Shown piece by piece: positions 48,468 to 58,655 of a stretch of 64,000 nt of DNA. The notes under the pieces are model-generated. The model was not told where the DNA came from, did not search any database, and saw only the letters and a program-made list of their open reading frames with translations. The translations under genes and the position numbers were made by a program. Source of the DNA: an uncultured Candidatus Pelagibacter sp. (GTDB lineage: Bacteria > Pseudomonadota > Alphaproteobacteria > Pelagibacterales > Pelagibacteraceae); assembly GCA_905616605.1 (NCBI GenBank), contig CAJQSY010000014.1, forward strand, positions 10,543 to 74,542, written 5' to 3'. The first letter of the stretch is position 1, and every line of letters starts with the position of its first letter.

Positions 48468-49466
48468 ATGACAACAAATAAAAAAAAAATTGCTTTACTA
48501 TTAGGTGATCCGTCAGGTATAGGACCTGAATTGGTCAGCAAACTATTATCAGAAGAAATTACGAATAAAGCAAATATTGTTGTTATAGGTGAAAAAAATA
48601 TTCTTGAAGAAGGGAATAAAATTTCAAGAAAATCACATAATTTAAAAGTTGTAGAAAGTTTTGATCAAATTAATTTTGAAAGTGGAAATAAATTTTTCCT
48701 AGATATTTCTAATGGTAAAAATCATAACTATAAATTATCTGAATGCTCAAAAGAATCTGGTGAAAGTGTTTTAGACGCTTTAAATTTAGCATTAGACTTA
48801 GCAAAAGAAAATAAAATTGATGCAATCAATTTTGGTCCCTTTAATAAAACAAGTTTAAAACTAGGAGGCAACAAATTCTCTGATGAACTTCATTTAATGG
48901 CTGAAAAATTAGAGGTAAAAAATTTTTTTTGTGAATTTAATGTTGTGGATAATTTTTGGACTGCTCGAGTTACTTCCCATATACCTATTAGTGAAGTTCC
49001 TTCACATATTAAAAAAGAAAAAATTATTAAGCCCATTAAATTGATTAATGAAGCTATGATACTTAATGGTGTTAAAAATCCTAGGGTTGCTGTTCAGGCT
49101 CTTAACCCCCATGCAGAATTTGGTACAGAGGAAAAAGATGAAATTATACCAGCCATTGAGTTGGCTAAAAGTTTGGGTATTAATGCTGATGGTCCACTAC
49201 CCTGTGACACATCTTTTATTACTGCTTTTAAAAATAAAAAATTTGACTGTATTGTTGGCATGTATCATGACGCACTACAATCTGGCTTAAAAGCATTTGG
49301 CTTTGATAGAGGTGTTACTGTTCAAGGCGGTTTACCAGTTCCAATAACAACTCCAGCACATGGTACTGCCTTCGATATTGCTGGAAAAAATGAAGCTAAT
49401 TTAGAACCTACTTTAAATTCTTTTAAAATTGCATTAACTATGGCTGAAAATAAACCTAATGACTAA
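48468..49466 (+). CDS. PdxA-family dehydrogenase (catabolic PdxA2-type paralog)
   Basis: [23 protein letters not shown] and [13 protein letters not shown] motifs; catabolic context. Confidence 0.8.
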   Translation: MTTNKKKIALLLGDPSGIGPELVSKLLSEEITNKANIVVIGEKNILEEGNKISRKSHNLKVVESFDQINFESGNKFFLDISNGKNHNYKLSECSKESGESVLDALNLALDLAKENKIDAINFGPFNKTSLKLGGNKFSDELHLMAEKLEVKNFFCEFNVVDNFWTARVTSHIPISEVPSHIKKEKIIKPIKLINEAMILNGVKNPRVAVQALNPHAEFGTEEKDEIIPAIELAKSLGINADGPLPCDTSFITAFKNKKFDCIVGMYHDALQSGLKAFGFDRGVTVQGGLPVPITTPAHGTAFDIAGKNEANLEPTLNSFKIALTMAENKPND

Positions 49467-50634
49467 AATTAAAAATATAAAAACTACCGTTTATCAATGG
49501 AAAGGTAAAACCGTTCCTCCTCAAAAAAATTTTTGCACCAATGCCTCTGATGTTCTTTATGAAAAATCAGATGCAATGGGTTCTTTTAGGTTTCATGAGT
49601 GGTTAGTATGTGAGATTGAAACTGACGATGGTATTATAGGAATTGGCAACGCAGCCTTAGCCCCTCAAGTTACAAAAAAGACTATTGATGTATATTTAAA
49701 GCCACTGGTTATTGGTGAAGATCCTTTTGACTATGCTTACATTTGGGAAAAAATGTATCGAAGAACTTTGGCTTGGGGAAGAAAAGGTGTCGGTATGACT
49801 GCAATTTCTGCAATTGATATTGCTATTTGGGACATTATTGGAAAAATAACTAAAAAACCTGTCTTCAAGTTATTAGGTGGAAGAACAAAAGAAAAAATTC
49901 CTGTTTATGCATCTAAACTTTATAGCCAACCACTAAAAGAGCTTCAAAAGGAAGCTGAACTTTATAAAAGCCAGGGTTTCAATATGTATAAAATGAGATT
50001 TGGCTGGGGCCCTCAAGATGGTCCCGAAGGCATGAAAAATAATATTCAATTAGTTGAAGCTGTGAGGGAGGTTATAGGTGAAGATGCAGATCTGATGCTT
50101 GAATGCTATATGGGTTGGAATTTAGATTACACAAAAAGAATGATGCCTAGATTAATGAAATTTAACCCTAGATGGTTAGAAGAGCCTGTTATAGCTGATG
50201 ATATTCATGGATATGCAGAACTTAATAATATGAACATGATACCTATTTCTGGTGGCGAGCATGAGTTTAGCTTATTTGGTTTTAAACAATTACTAGATCT
50301 AAAAGCAATAAGTTACATTCAATATGATACTAATAGAGTTGGTGGAATAACTGCTGCTCAAAAGATTAATGCTTTAGCTGAGGCATATCAGGTTCCTGTT
50401 GTTCCACATGCGGGACAGATGCATAACTATCATTTAACAATGGCAAATGTAAATTGTCCAATTTCAGAATACTTTCCAGTGCATGATGTGGAAATTGGTA
50501 ATGAGTTATTTTATTATATTTTTGAAGGGGACCCCACTCCTATAAATGGTTTTATAGATTTAAAAGATGACTTACCTGGATTAGGCCTAACACTTACTGA
50601 TAAGTATAAATCAGACTTTACAATTATAGAATAA
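49459..50634 (+). CDS. Enolase-superfamily (mandelate racemase-like) acid-sugar dehydratase, L-lyxonate/L-rhamnonate dehydratase-like
   Basis: [16 protein letters not shown] (KxR), [17 protein letters not shown] and VPH motifs. Confidence 0.8.
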   Translation: MTKIKNIKTTVYQWKGKTVPPQKNFCTNASDVLYEKSDAMGSFRFHEWLVCEIETDDGIIGIGNAALAPQVTKKTIDVYLKPLVIGEDPFDYAYIWEKMYRRTLAWGRKGVGMTAISAIDIAIWDIIGKITKKPVFKLLGGRTKEKIPVYASKLYSQPLKELQKEAELYKSQGFNMYKMRFGWGPQDGPEGMKNNIQLVEAVREVIGEDADLMLECYMGWNLDYTKRMMPRLMKFNPRWLEEPVIADDIHGYAELNNMNMIPISGGEHEFSLFGFKQLLDLKAISYIQYDTNRVGGITAAQKINALAEAYQVPVVPHAGQMHNYHLTMANVNCPISEYFPVHDVEIGNELFYYIFEGDPTPINGFIDLKDDLPGLGLTLTDKYKSDFTIIE

Positions 50635-52077
50635 TTAACCCTTAATACCGATGTGAGTATATTTAACATTAAGGTAATCTTTAATAGCCATTGAGCCACC
50701 TTCTCTACCGTATCCACTTTGTTTAATTCCCCCAAATGGGGCTTCAGCAATTGCAACAACACCTGTATTCACGGCTACCAATCCTGTTTCCAATTGTTCT
50801 GATGCTTGGTTTGCCCTCTCCATTGAATTAGTACAAACATAACTACATAAGCCAAGGTCATGATCATTGGCCCTTTCAATAACTTCGTCAAAAGATTTAA
50901 ATGATAACATTGGAACTAATGGTCCAAATGGTTCTTGTTTCATGATTGTAAAGTCATCTTTTACATCATCGAAAACTGTTGGCTCATAATAAAAACCTTT
51001 ATTGAAACCAGCAGGTCTTTTACCACCTAATAAAACTTTAGCTCCTTCTTGTTTGGTTTTTTCAACCAACTCCTCAATTTCTTCCAATCTTTTTTGAGTT
51101 GTTAATGGGCCTAGTTGAGTGTCTGGATCCATTCCATTTCCAATTTTTAACTTTTTAGTTTTTTCTATAAATTGATTTATGAATTCTTCTTTTTTTGATT
51201 CGTGAATATAAAACCTATTAGGAGAGATGCACACCTGGCCATTATTTCTAAATTTTGCAGCAATAGCCATATCGGTTGCTTTTTTAATATCAGCATCATC
51301 AAAAACTATAAAAGGAGAATGACCACTTAGTTCCATTGTTACTCTTTGAACTTTATCTGCGGCTTGTTTTAAAATCAATTTTCCAACCCTTACAGATCCA
51401 GTAATTGAAATCTTTTTAATTATATCTGATTGAATTAATTGAGAAGCTATGCTTGGTGGATCACCTGATAAAAGATTGACTACTCCGGGAGGAACGCCAC
51501 ATTCTCTACAAATATCTACTAATTCCATTACTACACCTGGTGTAATAGTATCTGGTTTAATAATTACTGAACAACCAGCCGCAAGTGCAGTTGATATTTT
51601 TCTAGCAGCCAAAACAAGTGGAAAATTCCAAGGGGATAATGCAGCAACAACTCCTACTGGCTGGTAATAAACATGTACTCTTGTATCTTCAAATCTACTT
51701 TCTATAGTTTGACCAAAAATTCTTTTTGTCTCTTCAGCATTCCATTCAAAAATATCAGCAGCTCCATTTGTTTCACCAATGCCTTCTGCTAAGGGTTTTC
51801 CATTTTCTAAAGTCATCCATTTAGCTAAGACATCTTTTTTTTCTCTCAGTTTATCCGCTATCCGCCTCAGGATATAAGATCTTTCCCATGGTGTTATTTT
51901 TTTCCAAACTTTTAATCCTTTTTCAGCAGACTTTAGTGCTCTATCAACATCAGCAGCTGTAGCTTTTGATGCATGACCCAAAACTTCTTCTGTTGCAGGA
52001 TTAATAACTTCATAAGTTTCTTTATTAGAAGAAGGAGACCAATTACCATCAATGAATTGTCCAAATTTTTCGTACAT
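50635..52077 (-). CDS. NAD-dependent semialdehyde dehydrogenase (SSADH / alpha-ketoglutaric semialdehyde dehydrogenase type)
   Basis: PWNFP, MELSGHSP, KFRNNGQVCISPNRF, EPFGP and PFGGIKQSGYGREG motifs. Confidence 0.85.
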   Translation of the reverse strand: MYEKFGQFIDGNWSPSSNKETYEVINPATEEVLGHASKATAADVDRALKSAEKGLKVWKKITPWERSYILRRIADKLREKKDVLAKWMTLENGKPLAEGIGETNGAADIFEWNAEETKRIFGQTIESRFEDTRVHVYYQPVGVVAALSPWNFPLVLAARKISTALAAGCSVIIKPDTITPGVVMELVDICRECGVPPGVVNLLSGDPPSIASQLIQSDIIKKISITGSVRVGKLILKQAADKVQRVTMELSGHSPFIVFDDADIKKATDMAIAAKFRNNGQVCISPNRFYIHESKKEEFINQFIEKTKKLKIGNGMDPDTQLGPLTTQKRLEEIEELVEKTKQEGAKVLLGGKRPAGFNKGFYYEPTVFDDVKDDFTIMKQEPFGPLVPMLSFKSFDEVIERANDHDLGLCSYVCTNSMERANQASEQLETGLVAVNTGVVAIAEAPFGGIKQSGYGREGGSMAIKDYLNVKYTHIGIKG

Positions 52078-52172
52078 AATTTGCTAAACCTTAAGTTGAT
52101 TTTAAAAAAATATTTTGTCTCAAATTTTTAACAAATATGTTTTAATGTTTCAAATTAATAAAGGAGTTAACA

Positions 52173-52496
52173 ATGGCTAAATTTATAGTTATGGGATGTT
52201 ATACGGCTAAAGGTCTTGGTGGGTTTGTAAATAATCCAGACACTGACAGAAAAGTTGCAACAACGGCTCTTTGTGAGGCTGCTGGAGCAAAACTCACTAG
52301 TTACGCTGGTCTTAGAGGAAAGTATGATTTTATGGTGGAAGTAGAAGGTACTTTTGAACAAGCTTCTGCATCTGGGATGGTAGCGGTATCTAGTGGAGCT
52401 GTTACAGATTTTACAATTCATGAAGTAATTAATCTGAATGCAGTTGCAAAAATTGCAAACAAAATGTCTTCTGGATACAAAGAGCCAGGAAAATAA
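52173..52496 (+). CDS. GYD domain protein
   Basis: YTAKG..G, R......EAAG, G.YD motif; AAGGAG RBS. Confidence 0.8.
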   Translation: MAKFIVMGCYTAKGLGGFVNNPDTDRKVATTALCEAAGAKLTSYAGLRGKYDFMVEVEGTFEQASASGMVAVSSGAVTDFTIHEVINLNAVAKIANKMSSGYKEPGK

Positions 52497-52503
52497 AAAA
52501 TTA

Positions 52504-52531
52504 AACTTCTAGTTTGAAAGAGCTAGAAGTT
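52504..52531 (+). terminator. Hairpin terminator after the GYD gene
   Basis: AACTTCTAG-tttgaaagag-CTAGAAGTT. Confidence 0.65.
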
Positions 52532-52575
52532 AATTAGTTTCAAATATTGTTGTAATATAATATAATAAGAATTAG

Positions 52576-53568
52576 ATGAAAACACTTACCGATACATTTG
52601 GAAGAAAATTTCCTTATATAAGATTATCTATTACAGATGTTTGTAATTATAGATGTACTTACTGTTTGCCTCAAGGTTATAAAAAGACACCTGGAGATAT
52701 GAGAAGCTTTATGTCTGCTGAAGAAATATCCAGATTAACAAAAGCATTATCTGAATTGGGTGTTTGTAAAATTAGATTAACTGGTGGAGAACCGACAGTT
52801 AGAAAAGATTTTTTTGATATTCTTAAGGACATGAAACAAAATTCAAATATTCCTAAAGTAACAATGACCACTAACGGATATCGTTTAGATAAAATTGCTG
52901 AACAATTATATAAATCTGGTTTAGATGGAATTAATATAAGTATAGATAGCTTAGATAGAGAGGTATTTAAAAAACTAACTGGTCATGACAGGCTTCTAGA
53001 GATTTTAGAGGGAATAAAAATTTTACAAGACTTAAATTTTAAAAATATAAAAATCAATGCTGTTTTGCTTAAAGGTATTAACGACACTCATAAAGATTTT
53101 GAAAAATTTGGAAATTTTATAAAAGAAAATAAAATTGATTTTAGATTTATAGAATTAATGCAAACTGGGGATAATTTAGATTATTTTAACAAAAATCATG
53201 TTCCTTCAAAAATATTTAAGGACTATATAGAAAAAAATAACTGGATATATCAAACACATGGCAAAGACGCAGGTCCATCATTAAATTATGTACATTCTGA
53301 GTATAAGGGTAAATTTGGATTAATTGCACCCTACTCTAAAGATTTTTGTAAAACATGTAACAGATTGAGGGTTACTTCAAGAGGCGATTTAAGATTATGC
53401 TTGTTTGGGAATACTGGAATTAGTATTCGCCATTTATTACAAAATGACGATCAAAAAGAAGAGCTTACAGATCTTATAATTAAACAACTGCACCTTAAAA
53501 AAGAGTCTCATTATTTAGAGCTTGGGGATACTGGTATTACTCCAAATTTATCAAGCACAGGAGGATAA
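52576..53568 (+). CDS. moaA: GTP 3',8-cyclase MoaA
   Basis: CNYRCTYC radical-SAM motif, RLTGGEP, FCKTCNRLR...C and C-terminal GG. Confidence 0.95.
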   Translation: MKTLTDTFGRKFPYIRLSITDVCNYRCTYCLPQGYKKTPGDMRSFMSAEEISRLTKALSELGVCKIRLTGGEPTVRKDFFDILKDMKQNSNIPKVTMTTNGYRLDKIAEQLYKSGLDGINISIDSLDREVFKKLTGHDRLLEILEGIKILQDLNFKNIKINAVLLKGINDTHKDFEKFGNFIKENKIDFRFIELMQTGDNLDYFNKNHVPSKIFKDYIEKNNWIYQTHGKDAGPSLNYVHSEYKGKFGLIAPYSKDFCKTCNRLRVTSRGDLRLCLFGNTGISIRHLLQNDDQKEELTDLIIKQLHLKKESHYLELGDTGITPNLSSTGG

Positions 53569-54126
53569 ATGTCAAATTTAAAAGTATTAAATAATGAAAA
53601 ACTAAAAGATTGGGCTCAAGAAATTTTTAAAAAAAATTCTTTTAATATGATTGATGTTTCTTCCAAAAAAGAAACCTTTAGAAGAGCTTTAGCATCTGGA
53701 AAAATTTATGTTGGAAAAGAAGTTTTTGAATTAATTAAAAATAAAGAAATGCCTAAAGGAGATCCTATTACTTTAGCTGAAGTGTCTGCTGTTCTAGGGG
53801 TAAAAAAAACAAGTGAATTAATCCCTTTGTGCCACCCACTTCCTATAGACCACACTGCAACTAAGATTATTATGCATGAAGAAGATACTTCACTTGAGGT
53901 ATTTTGTGTCGTGTCAGCTGTTGCCAAAACTGGAGTTGAGATGGAAGCTATAATGGGAGTTAATGCAGCCTTAATTACTATCTATGACTTAAGTAAAATT
54001 GTAAATCCACACCTTAGAATTGATAATATTAAACTACTAATCAAAGAAGGTGGAAAAAGTGGAATATGGACTAATCCAGATGGACTACCAGATTTTTTAA
54101 AAGATATTTTTAAACAACAAGGATAA
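53569..54126 (+). CDS. moaC: Cyclic pyranopterin monophosphate synthase MoaC
   Basis: MIDVS.K, LIPLCHP, TGVEMEA, IYD..K and KEGGKSG motifs. Confidence 0.95.
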   Translation: MSNLKVLNNEKLKDWAQEIFKKNSFNMIDVSSKKETFRRALASGKIYVGKEVFELIKNKEMPKGDPITLAEVSAVLGVKKTSELIPLCHPLPIDHTATKIIMHEEDTSLEVFCVVSAVAKTGVEMEAIMGVNAALITIYDLSKIVNPHLRIDNIKLLIKEGGKSGIWTNPDGLPDFLKDIFKQQG

Positions 54127-54138
54127 AAGATTAATTCC

Positions 54139-54597
54139 ATGAAAATAATAACTTTTATTTTTCTATTACTTTTTTCTTCAGCCTCAGCTGAAAATATTAA
54201 GCCACTAGCTAATAGCTCTATAGATCAACTACTGTCAGATGATAATCTTAATTATGAATTTATTAAAAGTTGTGTTTCTATATATTCAAGCTTAACTGAG
54301 CTAACAAGAGCTAAAGAACCTGAAATTGCAAATCAATTTTTCAAATCTGCAAATTTTTTATATCCTTATGGTATTCTTACTTTGGTAAAATTAAAAAAAA
54401 TTTCACGTCCAGATGCAGAAAAAATATTTTTCAAAAGCGTTGAAAAGCTTACAAATGAATACATGAACTTAATGTTAGAAAATGGAAAAAAAAATGAAAG
54501 TTTTTTTAAAGGTAGTTTTTTAGCTGATGACATTTATTTCTGCAATGAGGTTGCCAGCGCTATTCAAACAGTAGTATCTAAGACTAAAAAGAACTAA
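54139..54597 (+). CDS. Hypothetical secreted protein
   Basis: Signal peptide (ASA cleavage site), two Cys. Confidence 0.7.
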   Translation: MKIITFIFLLLFSSASAENIKPLANSSIDQLLSDDNLNYEFIKSCVSIYSSLTELTRAKEPEIANQFFKSANFLYPYGILTLVKLKKISRPDAEKIFFKSVEKLTNEYMNLMLENGKKNESFFKGSFLADDIYFCNEVASAIQTVVSKTKKN

Positions 54598-54600
54598 ATT

Positions 54601-54906
54601 TTAGTTAGTTTTTTTAGGCTTTCTTGGTATTTTTGATTTTTTCTTCTTTTTTGGAATTTTCGATTTAAAAGATTTCTTTTTAGTTTTTGTTAAAGAAGAA
54701 GCCCCACTATCTTCCATTGCTTCCATTACTTGTTTACATTTTTCTGAGTTACAAAAGTAAGTAGCTCCTGTGTTACTGTCATAAAGATAAGCTCCGCAAT
54801 TAGCTATTTTTTTTCCAGTACAGGTTACAGGCTCCATTCGATATTCAGCAAACGAATTTGTTGAAAAAAAAGAAACAACAAAAAAAACTATAAAAAATTT
54901 TTTCAT
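54601..54906 (-). CDS. Hypothetical secreted protein with 4 Cys and a Lys-rich tail
   Basis: Signal peptide ending SFA; C-terminal KSKIP repeats. Confidence 0.65.
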   Translation of the reverse strand: MKKFFIVFFVVSFFSTNSFAEYRMEPVTCTGKKIANCGAYLYDSNTGATYFCNSEKCKQVMEAMEDSGASSLTKTKKKSFKSKIPKKKKKSKIPRKPKKTN

Positions 54907-55128
54907 ATAATTGTTATAAATTAAAAATTACAAAAATATAATCTTAATTCAACTGATAGGAGAATTTAAGATAACATAATCTAAAAAATTAACTTATCAG
55001 CAAAATTCCCTCTTAAATAGTCAATAATACAATATTTAGATTATATATATAAATTATAGAAATATATATTTATAGAAAACCATTTTAACTCATGAGAGTA
55101 TGTAATTTAAACATAAGGAGAGAGAGAG

Positions 55129-56322
55129 ATGAAAATAAAAAAAATACTTTACACATTGTTGTTCTCTTGCGCTTTGAGCTTTAGCTCAAACGTATCTGCA
55201 CAAGAATTGTGTACTAAATGCTTAGATAACGTACCTCAAGATGTTCGAGATTACGTTTATAATATGGACTATATGGATCCACTTCAGCCATTAGGTGAAA
55301 GCCCAATGTTGAACTGGAAAAGTACAAGAACACCACCATGGACTATTGGTTATGCAAGTACGTATGCTGGTAACACATGGCGTAAAGGAGCAATGGAACG
55401 ACTAATGGAAGTTGTTTTTCCTAAATGGAAAGCACTTGGATTAGTAGATGAAATTGTTATTACTCAATCAAACTTAGATGACTCTTTGCAAATTCAGCAA
55501 ATGAGGCAGATGATTGATGGTGGAAAAGTTGATGCAATGATTATTTGTTGCTCTAATGCTACTGCTCTTAACCAAACTATCAAGTATGGTTGGGAAAAAG
55601 GTGTTCCAACTTTTTCTTTTACTGGATACACAACGTCTCCGTATTCAATCAATACATCAGTTAACTACCAATTAGTTGGTTTTTATATTGGTGCATGGAT
55701 GGCTGAATTAATTGGTGAAAAAGGAAATGTAGTAGTTATCGAGGGAATTCCTGGATACTCCGCTTCTGATTCACAAAATAATGGAATGTTAGCTGGTCTA
55801 AAAGAATATCCAGATGTAAAAGTTGTTGGACAATTAGCTCATAACTGGACATCACAAGTTGCTCAGAAAGAGTTATCTCAATGGCTTGCAACACACCCTG
55901 AAAAAATTGATGGTGTTGCTGTTCAGTCTTCAGGAGAAACTGGTACTTTGCAAGCATTACTTCAATCTGGTCGTGATATAATCCCACCAATCGCTTTAGG
56001 AGGCGAACTGGGTGCTTTATGTTATTGGAGACAAAATGCTAATTACATAGATGAAGCAATCTATGCTTGGCCTCCAGGAGATGAAGTCGAGTTTGGTTTC
56101 AATGTAATGATGAGAACTATGCAAGGTCAAGGTCCTAAGATTCAATCTATCTTGGTTGGTCCTGCTACAAACAGTTTTGCTGAAATCTCAACTTTCTTAA
56201 ATGAAGATTGTGATAGAAACTCAACTGGTTGGGCAAACCCTGGTATTGAAAATTGGGCTGGTAAAGAATATGTAGATAATTTCTTTGCGAGACCTGCTGA
56301 TCCAACTAAGTGGAAAAAGTAA
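55129..56322 (+). CDS. Sugar-type (RbsB/LacI-like fold) ABC substrate-binding protein
   Basis: Signal peptide; PPWTIGYA..YAGNTW, QIQQ.R, VDA.II and EGIPG.S.S motifs; strong RBS. Confidence 0.85.
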   Translation: MKIKKILYTLLFSCALSFSSNVSAQELCTKCLDNVPQDVRDYVYNMDYMDPLQPLGESPMLNWKSTRTPPWTIGYASTYAGNTWRKGAMERLMEVVFPKWKALGLVDEIVITQSNLDDSLQIQQMRQMIDGGKVDAMIICCSNATALNQTIKYGWEKGVPTFSFTGYTTSPYSINTSVNYQLVGFYIGAWMAELIGEKGNVVVIEGIPGYSASDSQNNGMLAGLKEYPDVKVVGQLAHNWTSQVAQKELSQWLATHPEKIDGVAVQSSGETGTLQALLQSGRDIIPPIALGGELGALCYWRQNANYIDEAIYAWPPGDEVEFGFNVMMRTMQGQGPKIQSILVGPATNSFAEISTFLNEDCDRNSTGWANPGIENWAGKEYVDNFFARPADPTKWKK

Positions 56323-56349
56323 TCTAGCTAATACTTTAAAAATTTAAGT

Positions 56350-58116
56350 ATGAGCTCAGAAAAAAATACAGACAACACCTCTCAAAAGGAGGTGTTGTTA
56401 GATAAATCAAAAACAGCTACAGGCGATATATACGTTCAAGATGTTCATAAATATTTTGGCGTTACTAAAGCTTTGAATGGTGTTAACTTTAATGCTAATT
56501 ATGGTGAAATTCATGCCATAGTTGGTGGTAATGGTTGTGGAAAAAGTACTCTTGCAAAAGTAATGTCAGGTGTATTACCAATTGATAAAGGTAAAGTCTC
56601 AATAATGGGACAAACACCCACTTCACCCGTGATGGCAAGAAATTTAGGTATAGCAACAGTTTTTCAAGAAGTTATGATTGCAGAAGAAGCTTCCGTAGTA
56701 GACAACTTATTTGTTGGATCAGATGACTTTTGGTACAAAAGCCTAACACAAAGAGAAAAAAATTTAAAAGCCCAAGAACTAATGGAAGATCTTGTTGGCG
56801 AATATGTCGATCCTAATACACTAGCATTTAATTTATCCCTTCCCATTAAAGCATGGATTACAATTGGAAGAGCCTTCTTAAGAGATAATACAAAAGTGTT
56901 AATTCTTGATGAATCCTCAGCAGCATTAGACTTTGATTCAACCGAAAGATTATTTAAAAAGATGAGAGAACTTCGTGATAATGGAGCAGCAATATTTATT
57001 GTCACTCACCGTATAGCAGAACTAATAAGAATTAGTGATAAAGCAACTGTATTGAGAGATGGCAAAGATGTTGGTGTTTTAGAAAAAAAGGATCTTAACG
57101 AAAAAAATCTATTAGGCTTAATGACAGGTAAAACAGAATCGAAAAGCCAAGTAACAACAAAAGCACTAGAAACAAAAAGTGATCAAGTTGTAATGAAGGC
57201 AACTAATGTAATAGTTTGGCCAGAAAGTGAGCCTGTTAACTTAGAACTAAATAAAGGAGAGATAATAGGCATAACTGGTTTAGATGGACACGGTCAAGAT
57301 GACTTTGTTAAAATCTTAGCTGGTGTTCAAGAGTCTAACGGAGGAACTACTGAGGTATTAAGTGATGATAATAAATTTACAAAATATAACGATTTAGATA
57401 ATGCAAAAAGAAATGGAATATCTTTTGTCTCAGGAGATAGAAAAAAAGAAGGGATACTTGCAAATTTAAGTATTTATGAAAACTTAGTAGTGCCCCTTTA
57501 TAAGTCAAAAACTACAGGTGGCTTCTTGGGTTTTATTGACTGGCTAGAATTAAATGGAATATTTGATTGGGAGGTTGAAAGATTGAATATTAAAACAGGC
57601 CCTCGTGATAATTTAATTGGCTCATTAAGTGGAGGCAATCAACAAAAGGTTATGATAGCACGATCCTTTGCACAACACCCTAAGGTTCTTATTTTAAATG
57701 ATCCTGCAAGAGGCATTGATGTTACAACAAAAAGAGATTTATACAGTCACTTAAGAAAATTTGCCGAAGAAGGTAATACTGTAATTTTTTTATCTAGTGA
57801 ATTAGAGGAGTTTATTGGTCTTTGTCCTAAAGTTTTAGTTTTTAGAAATGGATCAATTTTTGATATTTTTGAAAACGAAAGAATTAACTCAGATACATTG
57901 CTCGAAGGTATGTTTGGTCAAACACAAGGTGTTGATTCAACTAAAACAATTTCAAAAGATAACTCAAGTATTAATAAAAAAACAAATAATAAAGGGAGTC
58001 ATGATGACAATCCAATCATTGAAAGTAAAAAAATTATAAAGATTGTAGATTTTGATAAAAATAAAGAATTCAAAGATAATAATATACGTAGTAAAATAAA
58101 AATTAAGACTTTCTAA
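56350..58116 (+). CDS. Sugar ABC ATP-binding protein (double NBD, RbsA-type) with C-terminal extension
   Basis: GGNGCGKST, ILDES, second NBD GLDGHG, LSGGNQQKV and NDPARGID; ~70-aa low-complexity tail. Confidence 0.9.
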   Translation: MSSEKNTDNTSQKEVLLDKSKTATGDIYVQDVHKYFGVTKALNGVNFNANYGEIHAIVGGNGCGKSTLAKVMSGVLPIDKGKVSIMGQTPTSPVMARNLGIATVFQEVMIAEEASVVDNLFVGSDDFWYKSLTQREKNLKAQELMEDLVGEYVDPNTLAFNLSLPIKAWITIGRAFLRDNTKVLILDESSAALDFDSTERLFKKMRELRDNGAAIFIVTHRIAELIRISDKATVLRDGKDVGVLEKKDLNEKNLLGLMTGKTESKSQVTTKALETKSDQVVMKATNVIVWPESEPVNLELNKGEIIGITGLDGHGQDDFVKILAGVQESNGGTTEVLSDDNKFTKYNDLDNAKRNGISFVSGDRKKEGILANLSIYENLVVPLYKSKTTGGFLGFIDWLELNGIFDWEVERLNIKTGPRDNLIGSLSGGNQQKVMIARSFAQHPKVLILNDPARGIDVTTKRDLYSHLRKFAEEGNTVIFLSSELEEFIGLCPKVLVFRNGSIFDIFENERINSDTLLEGMFGQTQGVDSTKTISKDNSSINKKTNNKGSHDDNPIIESKKIIKIVDFDKNKEFKDNNIRSKIKIKTF

Positions 58117-58124
58117 TAAATAAT

Positions 58125-58640
58125 ATGATCAAAAAAAAAATTAGCAATAATTATACTGATAATGATTTGATTGCTTTTGAAAAATTAGAAAATTTTAATA
58201 ATTATAAAATTACATTAAACGACGAGGAAAATAAGATTACTCCTACTAAATATAGCCTATCAGATAACATTTATTTTAAAAATTTAATTAATAATTCCAG
58301 TAATTCAAATGAACATATTTTAGCTGATAAAAAAAAAGAAAATACAAAAGCTGATTATTATACAGAGCGTGATGATAGCAACTTTGAAAGAATTAAACAA
58401 TTTCCACCACAAACAAGTGATGAATTTATAAAAAAGAAGAATGATAATTATGTCTTAAGCAATAATTACAAAGTTAGTGATGTCAGTGCTTTTGAACAAA
58501 TAATCAAATCTAATAATATACAAAAAAATACAAGTACATCAGTTAATAATAGAAATATCAAAATAATAGATTCAGACAAATTAAATAAAGATAAAAAAAA
58601 ATTAGGTATAGAAAAAATTAAAGTAATTTATTTCGATTAA
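58125..58640 (+). CDS. Hypothetical Asn/Lys-rich protein inside the ABC operon
   Basis: 171-aa ORF with 8- and 15-bp spacers; internal repeat and a C-terminal motif shared with the ATPase tail. Confidence 0.65.
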   Translation: MIKKKISNNYTDNDLIAFEKLENFNNYKITLNDEENKITPTKYSLSDNIYFKNLINNSSNSNEHILADKKKENTKADYYTERDDSNFERIKQFPPQTSDEFIKKKNDNYVLSNNYKVSDVSAFEQIIKSNNIQKNTSTSVNNRNIKIIDSDKLNKDKKKLGIEKIKVIYFD

Positions 58641-58655
58641 CTTAAAATTCATATT

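Noticed and set aside
48468-49466. Annotation as biosynthetic pdxA
   Set aside because: Not in the surA-pdxA-ksgA context; it overlaps a sugar-acid dehydratase and is divergent from tctCBA.
57150-57830. Degenerate Walker A/B motifs (GLDGHG, NDP) in the second NBD as a sign of pseudogenisation
   Set aside because: A degenerate second site is normal for RbsA-type double-NBD ATPases.
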